This document shows positions 1 to 9,725 of a stretch of DNA of 32,000 nucleotides, one piece after another (position 1 is the stretch's first letter; the number at the start of each line of letters is the position of its first letter). The notes under the pieces were generated by a model. It worked only from the letters and a program-made list of their open reading frames with translations. It had not been told where the DNA came from and searched no databases. The DNA is taken from positions 21,427-53,426 of the forward strand of contig NZ_MPKA01000055.1 in NCBI RefSeq assembly GCF_001945605.1, written 5' to 3'. The position numbers and the translations under genes are program-made. The DNA comes from Dubosiella newyorkensis. Lineage in GTDB: Bacteria > Bacillota_I > Bacilli_A > Erysipelotrichales > Erysipelotrichaceae.

Positions 1-665
1 TTGAATTGGGGCATCGTGAAGTTTGGAAGCGCGAAAAGTGGAGCTTCGAGCACAGGAGTAAAATCGACCATACCTAAGAAGACGGCGCTGATATATCCAG
101 CCACAACGGCGACCAAGATCGGGATGATGGCCCAAAATTTACGGAAGCACACGCTGCCGATCACAGCCACACTAAGAGTGATCAAGAAGACGATCGCGTT
201 TTTCGGGTCGATCACCGGTTCAAGAAGTCCGGCCGTGCTTGCCGCCGAACCAGAAAGCTCGAGTCCGATCAGAGCGACAACAGGCCCCATGGCAGCGGGA
301 GGAAGAACGACATCGATCCATTTGACACCAAATTTTTTGATGACAAAGGAGAGGACGCATCCAAGGAATCCGACGGCGATAAATCCACCTAAAGCGTAAG
401 GATAGCCAAATTGGGCGATCACGATATTGGCAGGCGCCAAAAACGCGAAGCTCGATCCGAGATAGGCTGGCGCTTTTCCTTTTGTGATAAATATAAACAG
501 CAATGTGCCGATCCCATTCATGAGCAATACGATCGCTGGATTGATCCCGAACAAGAATGGAACGAGTACAGTGGCTCCAAACATCGCGAATAGATGCTGG
601 ACACTGAGCGGCAATAGCATTTTTAATGGAACTTTTTCTTCGATTTGAATGATTCTTTTTGCCAT
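1..665 (-). CDS. pyrP: uracil permease (NCS2 UraA/PyrP family), N-terminal part; gene runs off the left edge
   Basis: Absent from the ORF track because there is no stop in the window. Reverse-complement translation from ATG (complement of 663-665) gives MAKRIIQIEEKVPLKMLLPLSVQHLFAMFGATVLVPFLFGINPAIVLLMNGIGTLLFIFITKGKAPAYLGSSFAFLAP... This carries the QHLFAMFG and PAYLGSSFAF blocks typical of uracil permeases. SD GAGAGG lies about 6 nt upstream. Confidence 0.85.
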   Translation of the reverse strand, partial: MAKRIIQIEEKVPLKMLLPLSVQHLFAMFGATVLVPFLFGINPAIVLLMNGIGTLLFIFITKGKAPAYLGSSFAFLAPANIVIAQFGYPYALGGFIAVGFLGCVLSFVIKKFGVKWIDVVLPPAAMGPVVALIGLELSGSAASTAGLLEPVIDPKNAIVFLITLSVAVIGSVCFRKFWAIIPILVAVVAGYISAVFLGMVDFTPVLEAPLFALPNFTMPQF

Positions 666-731
666 ACTGGCCTCTCTTTCTATTATCCTAACATTTATAA
701 CATTATCTTTTGTCGCATACAAGAAAACATT

Positions 732-759
732 TTGAATTTTTAAGGAAACGTATTATAAT
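732..759 (+). promoter_or_regulatory. sigma-A type promoter for tRNA-Arg(CCG)
   Basis: TTGAAT (732-737), 16-nt spacer, TATAAT (754-759). The tRNA starts 13 nt downstream. Confidence 0.5.
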
Positions 760-771
760 ATCAAAGGAAAT

Positions 772-848
772 GCGCTCGTAGCTCAGTTGGATAGAGTATC
801 AGATTCCGATTCTGAGGGTCGTAGGTTCGAGCCCTATCGAGCGCGCCA
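772..848 (+). tRNA. tRNA-Arg (anticodon CCG), CCA encoded
   Basis: Acceptor stem GCGCTCG/CGAGCGC, TAGCTCAGTTGGATAGAG D-arm and GGTTCGAGCCC T-arm. Anticodon stem TCAGA/TCTGA with loop TT-CCG-AT. 3' GCCA. Confidence 0.9.
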
Positions 849-861
849 TTTTGACCTTGAT

Positions 862-891
862 GGACTTTTCGAAAGAGAGGTCCTTTTTTTT
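862..891 (+). terminator. intrinsic terminator after tRNA-Arg(CCG)
   Basis: GGACTTTTC-GAAA-GAGAGGTCC hairpin (9 bp, 2 G.U) followed by T8. It abuts the stop of the convergent 890-1828 gene. Confidence 0.6.
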
Positions 892-1828
892 ACGCTAAAT
901 AGTGATCTTCGTCGCTTTCTTTATGGACGCATTCAATTTGATTGGTGAGGGAATCGTAGTAAAAGATCTTATTGCTGAGAAAATCGCGCTCACTTGTGAT
1001 TTCCTTATTGGCCGCTAAAAGCGTTTGGCGCATTCTTTTGATCCCCGGCTTGAAAGAGCGGGGAACGAGCATGATGTCGTTGATCGAACTAGGCAAGAGA
1101 TAGAAGTTTTCGTTGAGCTTTTGAGCGATCGAAGCAAGAAGAGAAGGGACAAGGATCACGCTTGCGCCATTGTAGTAATTGATCGTGGATAAGGCGTAGA
1201 TCGTGTTGGTCGGAAGAGAAGAGAAAGAGATTTTATTTGTGTATGTTGGATCGCGTGGGTCGAGGAGCAAGACGTGTTCTTGTTTTAAATTGATCATCGC
1301 TTGTTCATAGAGCTGTTCTTTATCGATGTTCCAAGTATCCAAGAGTCGCTGATCGATCGGGGTGGAGCAGAATTCTTTTTCGCTTTTCCAAAAACCAACA
1401 CGCGCGTTCGCGTGCAGTCCTTGGCAGACTGGAAATTGGATCCAGCTCGGATCGGCTTCTTGATTGTAGTCGGGATCACGAAGACGAAGGAAGATCTTGT
1501 TTTTGATGGCGGAATAGGAAGTCAGTGAATTTGGAAAGTCGAGCACGGGATCCGGATCTTGGATCAGCTGGAAATAAGGTTCTAAGACTTTTTTTAAGAA
1601 GCGATCGATTTCTTGTTCGCTTTTTGGCTCGGAAAAGTAGATCTTGTCGATCGTGACGGCAAGACCGATTTCTTGGGTGGGATGTTGAAGATAGAGCTTT
1701 GTGGTCAAAATATCGTTTTCGCTGATTTCTTCATGAAAGCTAAGGACCGGCTTGATGGATGGATCGATCTTGAATTGATCGAGTCGCTGCTGGAATTGAC
1801 TGGAAAGCTGTTCTAGATTGATTTTCAT
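890..1828 (-). CDS. hypothetical protein, possibly DUF5688-like
   Basis: 312-aa ORF with an AGGAG SD upstream of the ATG. No catalytic motif recognised. The C-terminal FYLLPSSINDIMLVP resembles the (I/L)LPSSIHE block I associate with DUF5688 (from memory, unverified). Confidence 0.65.
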   Translation of the reverse strand: MKINLEQLSSQFQQRLDQFKIDPSIKPVLSFHEEISENDILTTKLYLQHPTQEIGLAVTIDKIYFSEPKSEQEIDRFLKKVLEPYFQLIQDPDPVLDFPNSLTSYSAIKNKIFLRLRDPDYNQEADPSWIQFPVCQGLHANARVGFWKSEKEFCSTPIDQRLLDTWNIDKEQLYEQAMINLKQEHVLLLDPRDPTYTNKISFSSLPTNTIYALSTINYYNGASVILVPSLLASIAQKLNENFYLLPSSINDIMLVPRSFKPGIKRMRQTLLAANKEITSERDFLSNKIFYYDSLTNQIECVHKESDEDHYLA

Positions 1829-2016
1829 TCTATGGATTCTCCTTTAAAGTCTTCTTTCGGATGAACAGTACCTAAAAAAGGAGCAATGGAAAAGGATGGA
1901 ATAAAAGGATACGTGTTAGGAAAGAAGAATATACTCAATCTATCAGATCGTTTTTGATTTGTAAACGGAAAGAGAAGAAAAAAGATGCTATACTGATTTT
2001 GTTTGGAGGAATGAAA

Positions 2017-2673
2017 ATGGACGCGATATTGTTTGATGTGGATGGAACGATTTTAGATTCTTTGGGAGTGTGGAACGAAGTCGTGCAAGCGATCTATGAT
2101 GCAAATCAAATTGATTCGAATGTCGAAGAGGATATGAAACGATATCATTCTTTGAAGGCTTCGGAAGCGTTTGCGTGGATCCACGCGCATTGGCACACGA
2201 AGATGGATGAAAAAGATATGGAAGAGTTGGCCGACACGATCTTAGAGCGAGCGTATACGAAGACGATCCAACCGATGCCTGGGGCGGTCGAATTCATCAA
2301 GCTCGCCAAGAAAAAAGGATATCGATTGGGTGTGGTGACTTCTTCGCCCTTGCGTTTGGTCAAGCCTTGCTTTCAGCGGTTAGGGATCTTTGAAGACTTT
2401 GATGGGATCGAGAGCGCGGAAGATCTTGGCTTGAGCAAAAGAAATCCAGAAATCTTTGAACGCGCTTTGAAGGCGCTTCATGTACGAGCGAAAGGCACGT
2501 ACTATTTTGAAGATAGTCGTTACGCGTTGGATACCGCGGATAGTCTTGGTATCGTAGGGATCGGCGTCCGCTCGAAAGGAGAAAAGTATCCGGATCGTGT
2601 GGCGATCGATGACTTTTTCGAGCTGTTACCTCTTCTTCAAAGTAACAAAAGCCTGATTTCTTCGATAAAGTGA
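2017..2673 (+). CDS. HAD-IA family hydrolase (phosphatase / beta-phosphoglucomutase-like)
   Basis: MDAILFDVDGTILDS (DxDGT motif I), VVTSS (motif II) and a C-terminal acidic motif. GGAGGA SD 6 nt before ATG 2017. ATG 2011 is too close to the SD, and the track start at 1954 is upstream of it. Confidence 0.85.
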   Translation: MDAILFDVDGTILDSLGVWNEVVQAIYDANQIDSNVEEDMKRYHSLKASEAFAWIHAHWHTKMDEKDMEELADTILERAYTKTIQPMPGAVEFIKLAKKKGYRLGVVTSSPLRLVKPCFQRLGIFEDFDGIESAEDLGLSKRNPEIFERALKALHVRAKGTYYFEDSRYALDTADSLGIVGIGVRSKGEKYPDRVAIDDFFELLPLLQSNKSLISSIK

Positions 2674-2700
2674 TATGATACGCGTAGGAGGGTTTGTGTT

Positions 2701-4161
2701 ATGCCTTGTACAACAATTTTAGTCGGAAAAGACGCTTCTTATGACGGATCTTGCATCATGGCGCGAAACGATGATGCCGGAGCGGGTCATTTTACACCTA
2801 AGAAATTTGTGGTGATCCAGCCATCCGAGCAGCCAATCGAATATGAGTCGGTGCTTTCTCACGTAAAGATCGAGCTTCCTAAGGATCCGATGCGCTATAC
2901 AGCGGTCCCGAATATCGACAATGAAAAAGGGATTTGGGCTGCTTGCGGAATTAACGAAGCGGGCGTAGGAATGAGCGCGACCGAGACGATCACTTCCAAC
3001 CCGCGGGTCTTGGGAGCGGATCCTCTTGTCGTCTACGATCCAGATACGAATACGCCTGGCGGGATCGGCGAAGAAGATCTTGTATATATCACTTTGCCTT
3101 ATATTCATAGTGCTCGCGAGGGCGTGGAACGATTAGGAAAGCTTCTAGAACAATATGGAACGTATGAAATGAATGGCATTGGCTTTTCGGATACGAAAGA
3201 AGTCTGGTGGCTTGAATCGATTGGCGGACATCATTGGATGGCGCGTCGTGTGCCAGATGATGCCTATGTCGCTATGCCAAATCAGCTAGGAATCGACTAT
3301 TTTGATTTCGAGGACGCGTATGGAAAAAAAGAAAATTTCATGTGTTCAGCGGATCTGAAGGATTTCACGCTTCGTTGGAATTTGGATCTTACATTAGAAG
3401 GGCCATTTGATCCTAGAGCGGCGTTTGGCTCGCATGATGATGCCGATCATGTCTACAACACGCCTCGGGCTTGGTATATCGAACGTTATTTGAATCCGAA
3501 CACGTTTGTATGGGATGGAGAAGATCCTGACTTTTCGCCTCGAAGCGACGACATTCCTTGGTGTCTCGTTCCTGAAAAGAAGATCACGATCGAGGACGTA
3601 AAATATTTGTTGTCGAGCCACTATCAAGGAACGCCATATGATCCGTATATGAGTTATGGTGATCGTTCGATGGCAGGAGCGTATCGTTCGATCGGCGTGA
3701 ACCGGACGAGCTTTTTAGGCATTATTCAAAACCGGCCGCACGCTAAGGCGTTAGAGTGGATCTCGTTTGGCGCGAATCCATTCAATATTTCGGTTCCATT
3801 CTATGTGGATGTGGATCAAACTCCAGAATATGTTTCGAACACGACAGCCTCTGTGGATACAAACAACTTCTATTGGGTCTCCCGCCTGATCGAGGCGATG
3901 GCCGATGCAAGTTATAAAGAATCGTTGAATATCATCGAGCGCTATCAAAATGCGGCTTTTGCCAAGGGGCACGAGATCATCAATCGTTACGATGCCTTGA
4001 TCTCCAAAGAAACAGATCCAAAAGCAAAAGAAAGCTTGTGCGCGAAAGCGAACCAAGAATTGGCGGACATGGCGCAAAAACTTTCCACTAAGACGCTGGA
4101 TCAAGTGCTTTATCAGCTCAGCTGCAATATGAAAAACGCCTACGCGAGAAGCGATGCGTAA
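2701..4161 (+). CDS. pepD: C69 family dipeptidase (dipeptidase A type)
   Basis: MPCTTILVGKDASYDGSCIMARNDD carries the N-terminal nucleophile Cys right after Met, characteristic of peptidase C69. Length 486 aa. SD AGGAGGG upstream. Confidence 0.9.
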   Translation: MPCTTILVGKDASYDGSCIMARNDDAGAGHFTPKKFVVIQPSEQPIEYESVLSHVKIELPKDPMRYTAVPNIDNEKGIWAACGINEAGVGMSATETITSNPRVLGADPLVVYDPDTNTPGGIGEEDLVYITLPYIHSAREGVERLGKLLEQYGTYEMNGIGFSDTKEVWWLESIGGHHWMARRVPDDAYVAMPNQLGIDYFDFEDAYGKKENFMCSADLKDFTLRWNLDLTLEGPFDPRAAFGSHDDADHVYNTPRAWYIERYLNPNTFVWDGEDPDFSPRSDDIPWCLVPEKKITIEDVKYLLSSHYQGTPYDPYMSYGDRSMAGAYRSIGVNRTSFLGIIQNRPHAKALEWISFGANPFNISVPFYVDVDQTPEYVSNTTASVDTNNFYWVSRLIEAMADASYKESLNIIERYQNAAFAKGHEIINRYDALISKETDPKAKESLCAKANQELADMAQKLSTKTLDQVLYQLSCNMKNAYARSDA

Positions 4162-4169
4162 CAGAAATA

Positions 4170-4199
4170 AAGACTGTTGAATTTTTGACAGTCTTTTTT
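4170..4199 (+). terminator. intrinsic terminator of the dipeptidase gene
   Basis: AAGACTGT (4170-4177) pairs with ACAGTCTT (4188-4195), followed by a T-run. Confidence 0.7.
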
Positions 4200-4228
4200 G
4201 ATGTTTTGTGGTACAATTTGAGGGACTT

Positions 4229-4305
4229 GTCGCCATAGCTCAGCTGGATAGAGCAACCGCCTCCTAAGCGGTAGGTCGGAGGTTCAAATCCTCTTGGCGA
4301 CGCCA
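4229..4305 (+). tRNA. tRNA-Arg (anticodon CCT), CCA encoded
   Basis: Acceptor stem GTCGCCA/TGGCGAC, TAGCTCAGCTGGATAGAGC D-arm and GGTTCAAATCC T-arm. Anticodon stem ACCGC/GCGGT with loop CT-CCT-AA. Preceded by an extended -10, TGgTACAAT (4209-4217). Confidence 0.9.
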
Positions 4306-4316
4306 TAGATCATAAC

Positions 4317-4341
4317 GCGATGAGGGATTCATCGCTTTTTT
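4317..4341 (+). terminator. intrinsic terminator after tRNA-Arg(CCT)
   Basis: GCGATGA-GGGAT-TCATCGC followed by T6. Confidence 0.7.
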
Positions 4342-4384
4342 ATTGCCTCTTAGCGCACATAATGGGCCACATACACAGGACTGG

Positions 4385-4412
4385 TTGTTTCTTTTTTGTT
4401 TTGTGCTATAAC
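4385..4412 (+). promoter_or_regulatory. candidate promoter placing +1 on the ATG of the LytTR gene (leaderless geometry)
   Basis: TTGTTT (4385-4390), 16-nt spacer, extended -10 TGcTATAAC (4404-4412). Exactly 6 nt separate the -10 from ATG 4419, and there is no SD between them. Confidence 0.4.
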
Positions 4413-4418
4413 AAAAGC

Positions 4419-4871
4419 ATGAAGATTCATGTGATAGTGGATGATTCGCTCGAAGAAACAGAAGTCTTCATTAAAACGCCAAAACTCGACCAAGAGATCT
4501 TGGCAATTGAAAGGGAACTTCGAAGGTCGCAGCGTACATTGCCTTTATATAAAGACAATACAGAATATTTTCTCCATGTGCACGAGATCTTGTTTTTCGA
4601 GACCGACGCAAGAGAAGTCATTGCTCATACCAAAGATGATATGTATTATACAGATCTTCGTCTTTATGAGCTTGAGGAAAGATTGCCATCTTCTTTCTTG
4701 CGGATCTCAAAGTCGGCGATCGTCAATGTGAAAAAAATATTCGCGCTGACGCGCAGCGTCTCATCGTGTTTAGTTCAATTCCAAGATACGTATAAACATG
4801 TATATGCGTCGCGCAGCTACTATAAAACGTTAAAAGCGAGAATGGATGAGGAAAAGGGGGATCTAGAATGA
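4419..4871 (+). CDS. LytTR-family DNA-binding protein without receiver domain
   Basis: 150 aa. The C-terminal ~100 aa (EYFLHVHEILFFETDAREVIAHTKDDMYYTDLRLYELEERLPSSFLRISKSAIVNVKKI) follows the LytTR pattern. There is no phospho-acceptor domain. The stop overlaps the next ATG (ATGA). Confidence 0.8.
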   Translation: MKIHVIVDDSLEETEVFIKTPKLDQEILAIERELRRSQRTLPLYKDNTEYFLHVHEILFFETDAREVIAHTKDDMYYTDLRLYELEERLPSSFLRISKSAIVNVKKIFALTRSVSSCLVQFQDTYKHVYASRSYYKTLKARMDEEKGDLE

Positions 4872-5557
4872 ACGAAAATTCGAATCGCAATTGGATATGG
4901 GGTGTCTTTTTCATTGTATGCGCCGTTTTAGTGATCTTGAATGGCTTTGGGATCTTGAATTTAGCCAAGTTTTTATGGAAGATCCTTTTCACGCTCTTCT
5001 TTTTGATGGTCTATGCGGAATGCAAAAAGAAAAACGATGTGAGCGGAAAAGTGATTTGTTTAGCGATCTTGTTCGTGATGTGGCGAAACGTGATCGGCTT
5101 AGGCTTTATTTCGCTCGGGTCGATCATCATCTCTGTCATTCTTTTATTGATCGGACTTTCATTTTTGAATAAGCCCGAACATCCAAACATGGGAAAGGAA
5201 GAAGTGCTCATCGATGAAAATACGGACAATATCGTTCATTTAAAAGGAGCGTTCAATACCTCGAGCCATTATTTACGCGGACAATCGGTCGAATCGGTCT
5301 ATCTCACGCCTTCGTTTTGCTCAATGAGCGTCTATTTCGATCAGCTCGGCCTGCAAAAAGAAGAGATCGACGTTATTCTTGATTGTGGATTTTGCGATCT
5401 AAAATTGTATATCCCTAAAAAATGGGGCGTTCGCAATGAAGCGAAAACACTTTTTGGTTCTATTCAAACCCAAGGAATGGCGCTTCCGCAAAATGAGCAT
5501 GTTATCGTTCTGAAAGGAGAGGTCAATTTTGCCAGCGTCCACATCATCCGCATCTAA
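4868..5557 (+). CDS. membrane protein with LiaF-like (DUF2154-type) C-terminal domain
   Basis: About 4 hydrophobic helices in residues 8-100. They are followed by a beta-rich soluble domain (DVILDCGFCDLKLYIP, VIVLKGEVNFASVHII) like cell-wall-active antibiotic response/LiaF C-termini. Translationally coupled to the LytTR gene. Confidence 0.7.
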   Translation: MNENSNRNWIWGVFFIVCAVLVILNGFGILNLAKFLWKILFTLFFLMVYAECKKKNDVSGKVICLAILFVMWRNVIGLGFISLGSIIISVILLLIGLSFLNKPEHPNMGKEEVLIDENTDNIVHLKGAFNTSSHYLRGQSVESVYLTPSFCSMSVYFDQLGLQKEEIDVILDCGFCDLKLYIPKKWGVRNEAKTLFGSIQTQGMALPQNEHVIVLKGEVNFASVHIIRI

Positions 5558-5564
5558 GAAAAGG

Positions 5565-6500
5565 ATGCGTTGGGGAATTCTCGGTGCTGGAAATATCGCT
5601 CACCGATTCATGGAAAGCATCGCCCATCATCTAGATTGCCGCGTCTTGAAGGTGAGCGCCCGCAATGAGGCTAAAGCGATCGCCTTTACCAAACAATACA
5701 ACATTCCGATGTACACGCTTATACAAGAAGAGCTCTTCAACGATCCAGCGATCGACGCGCTCTATGTCGCTTTGCCCCATAAATTCCATAAAGAAACGAT
5801 CATCAAGGCCTTGAAAGCAGGCAAGGCCGTACTTTGCGAAAAACCGCTGTCATTAAACGAAGCGGATGTTCAAGAAATCATACAAGTCCAAAACGAAACG
5901 GGGCTCTTATGCATGGAGGCCATGAAAACCCGTTTTACACCTGCCTATAAAGCGATGAAAAAGGAAGCGTCCTCTCTCGGTTCGCTTCATCTCATAGAAA
6001 CGATATGGGATCTGAACGAACAAATTTCTCCATCTTCGTATTTTTGGGATGTGGAACAAGGGGGCATCTTGCTCGATTGTGGTATTTATGGAGTCGGCTT
6101 GATCCAGGATATGATGAAAGAAGATGTCGAACAGATTCAGACCGATCAAATCATTGAAAATGGTGTCGACATCTATACGCGTTCGGTTTTAACGTATCCT
6201 TCTTGTCAAGCGAGCGTAGAATGCGCGATCGATCGAACGGAGCCGATCTTTGCCCGTCTCACCTTTGAACATGGCGTGATCACGATCCCGAATTTTCATC
6301 GGATGGAAAACTACATCGTTGAAAAAGAAGGAAAGGTGTTTGAAAGAAAGATTCCTTATGAAGTCGATGACTTTTATGGAGAAATCGACCACTTCGTTAA
6401 ATTATGGCAAGAAAAAAGCACGATGAGTCTAGTCATGCCCCTCCAAGACTCTTTGGATTGCGCTTTCTTGATCGATCAAATCAAACGAGCCGCTTCGTGA
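5565..6500 (+). CDS. Gfo/Idh/MocA family NAD(P)-dependent oxidoreductase
   Basis: MRWGILGAGNIAHRF Rossmann start and the LCEKPLS (EKP) motif. An alternative TTG start at 5529 has a better SD (AAGGAGAGG 5514-5522), so the start is uncertain. Confidence 0.85.
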   Translation: MRWGILGAGNIAHRFMESIAHHLDCRVLKVSARNEAKAIAFTKQYNIPMYTLIQEELFNDPAIDALYVALPHKFHKETIIKALKAGKAVLCEKPLSLNEADVQEIIQVQNETGLLCMEAMKTRFTPAYKAMKKEASSLGSLHLIETIWDLNEQISPSSYFWDVEQGGILLDCGIYGVGLIQDMMKEDVEQIQTDQIIENGVDIYTRSVLTYPSCQASVECAIDRTEPIFARLTFEHGVITIPNFHRMENYIVEKEGKVFERKIPYEVDDFYGEIDHFVKLWQEKSTMSLVMPLQDSLDCAFLIDQIKRAAS

Positions 6501-6530
6501 AGTCAATTTTCGAATTGACTTCTTTTTTTT
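6499..6530 (+). terminator. intrinsic terminator
   Basis: GAAGTCAATT-TTCG-AATTGACTTC (10 bp) followed by T8. Confidence 0.8.
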
Positions 6531-6585
6531 GTGATAGCGCTTTCATAGCGAATCTGCTATTTTAATGGTGAGAGGGAGGTTGAAC

Positions 6586-7494
6586 ATGAATAAACTAGTG
6601 ATTGATGTTGGAGGTACTTTTATTAAATACGCCATCATGGATATGGAGGCGAATATTTTATCAAAAGGTTCCGTTCCAACACCAATGGATTCTCGCGAAC
6701 ACTTTTTGAATGTGTTGGCGGATCTGTTTGAAGAAGCGCTGCCCGATGTGGATGGGATCGCGATTTCGCTGCCAGGCAATATTGATTCCTCGACTGGCTA
6801 TGTCTATACGCCAGGATCTCTTTGGTATAACGCCAACACGAATGTCGCTCAAGATCTTCGTGCTCTGATTTTCGATCGAACGGGAAAAGATGTTCCTGTT
6901 GCGATCGAAAACGATGGAAAATCAGCCGCTTTAGCCGAGCTTTGGAAAGGAAATCTTGCAGGGTGCGATTCGGGTGTCGTCATGATATTGGGAACTGGAA
7001 TTGGTGGAGGAATCATTTTAGATGGTAAGATCGTCAAAGGGAAAAATTTTTTTGCGGGCGAGCTTTCTTTCTTGATGAAAGATGTTTCAAAAAAAGGGTT
7101 CGATGAATGTCTAGCTCATGCGTGCAGCACGAGCGCTTTGACGAAAAAATGTGCGGTCGCTAAGAAGATAGAAGAAAGCGAAGTCGATGGATTCAAAGTG
7201 TTTGAATGGCTCGAGCAAGAGGATCCAGCGATCCATGAAGTCTTTAACGAAGTCGTCGACGCGATCGCGGGCACGATCTACAATATGACCTGTATTTTAA
7301 ATCCAGAACGCGTATTGATCGGGGGCGGGATCTCTAAACAGCCTCGCTTGATCGAAGCGATCAAAGAGAAGACAAACACGTATTATGACTCGGTTCCAGT
7401 GCCTATGCCTCGTACCGAAGTCAATGTGTGCAAGCATTTCAACGACTCAAATTTGATTGGCGCGCTCTATAATTATTCTCTGCTTTATGAATAG
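6586..7494 (+). CDS. ROK family sugar kinase (candidate beta-glucoside/glucose kinase)
   Basis: MNKLVIDVGGTFIKYA (DxGGT ATP motif), GTGIGGGII and AGELSF. The canonical CxCGxxGC zinc motif is not evident. SD GAGGGAGG upstream of ATG 6586. Confidence 0.85.
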   Translation: MNKLVIDVGGTFIKYAIMDMEANILSKGSVPTPMDSREHFLNVLADLFEEALPDVDGIAISLPGNIDSSTGYVYTPGSLWYNANTNVAQDLRALIFDRTGKDVPVAIENDGKSAALAELWKGNLAGCDSGVVMILGTGIGGGIILDGKIVKGKNFFAGELSFLMKDVSKKGFDECLAHACSTSALTKKCAVAKKIEESEVDGFKVFEWLEQEDPAIHEVFNEVVDAIAGTIYNMTCILNPERVLIGGGISKQPRLIEAIKEKTNTYYDSVPVPMPRTEVNVCKHFNDSNLIGALYNYSLLYE

Positions 7495-7594
7495 AAATAA
7501 TGTCTTAGTTTTTTCGAGCATTTTGTTTCATTAGTTTTCATCTTTTCGTTTAAATGGAACTCGCTTACGAATCAATTTATAAGTAATTTTTTGG

Positions 7595-7632
7595 TGAAAA
7601 CGCTTTACACCTAAAGTTGCCCTGAGTAAAAT
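7595..7632 (+). promoter_or_regulatory. candidate promoter of the EIIA gene with an overlapping cre-like site
   Basis: TTTACA (7604-7609), 17-nt spacer, TAAAAT (7627-7632). TGAAAACGCTTTAC (7595-7608) matches 12/14 positions of the cre consensus TGWAANCGNTNWCA. Confidence 0.4.
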
Positions 7633-7680
7633 AAAGATACAAAAAGTTTACTGGAGTAAGAAGAAAAGAGGAACTATAGA

Positions 7681-8001
7681 ATGGATACTAAACTTGATAT
7701 GATGTCTTTCTCGATTCTGCGGAATGCTAGACGCGCTAAGAATTTAGCCTACAAAGCTTTAAAGCAAATGAAGGCCGGGAACCTTGATGAAGCTAGAGAG
7801 CTGATCGCTCAAAGCGATGAAGCGACGATCGAAGCGCAGAAAGCAGAAAGCGATCTTCTTGATTTCGTACAGGGAAACGAAAAAGAAGTCGAAACTTGGG
7901 TAGAGCATTCACAAGATCATTTGATGAGTTCTTTGATCGCTACAGAAACGGTTAAAGAAATGATCGAAATGTATGAAGGGAATTTAGCAGTCCAAGCCTA
8001 A
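7681..8001 (+). CDS. PTS lactose/cellobiose-family EIIA component
   Basis: 106 aa and helical. EHSQDHLMSS matches the HxQDHLM phospho-His block of LacF/ChbA-type EIIA. The N-terminal xxxNARRAKNLAYKALK matches the GDARS...AL block. Confidence 0.8.
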   Translation: MDTKLDMMSFSILRNARRAKNLAYKALKQMKAGNLDEARELIAQSDEATIEAQKAESDLLDFVQGNEKEVETWVEHSQDHLMSSLIATETVKEMIEMYEGNLAVQA

Positions 8002-9697
<1,696 letters not shown>

Positions 9698-9699
<2 letters not shown>

Positions 9700-9724
9700 A
9701 AAAAGCCCATATGGGCTTTTTTTG
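9698..9724. terminator. bidirectional intrinsic terminator
   Basis: AAAAAGCCC-ATAT-GGGCTTTTT sits between the convergent GH1 and DsbA-like genes. Confidence 0.7.
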
Positions 9725-9725
9725 G

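Noticed and set aside
1-399. Track ORF of 132 aa on the plus strand (plus 411-593)
   Set aside because: It lies antisense to a clearly recognisable uracil permease reading frame. The sequence is low-complexity (A/T/S/K-rich) and there is no SD. It is an artefact of the opposite-strand gene.
666-720. AGAGAGGCC upstream of pyrP, resembling the PyrR-binding loop core (CCAGAGAGGCU)
   Set aside because: The match is only partial and coincides with the SD. The 105-nt intergenic region has no terminator/antiterminator architecture, so a PyrR attenuator cannot be supported.
4185-4217. TTGACA (4185-4190) as the -35 for tRNA-Arg(CCT)
   Set aside because: The spacing to TACAAT (4212-4217) is 21 nt, which is too long. 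The TTGACA lies within the loop and 3' arm of the upstream terminator hairpin. The extended -10 TGgTACAAT may act alone.
3751-4306. Minus-strand ORFs (161 aa, 62 aa) across the dipeptidase 3' end and tRNA-Arg(CCT); likewise 21550-21912 across tRNA-Asn
   Set aside because: They overlap tRNA genes and terminators or are antisense to a strong CDS. None has an SD.
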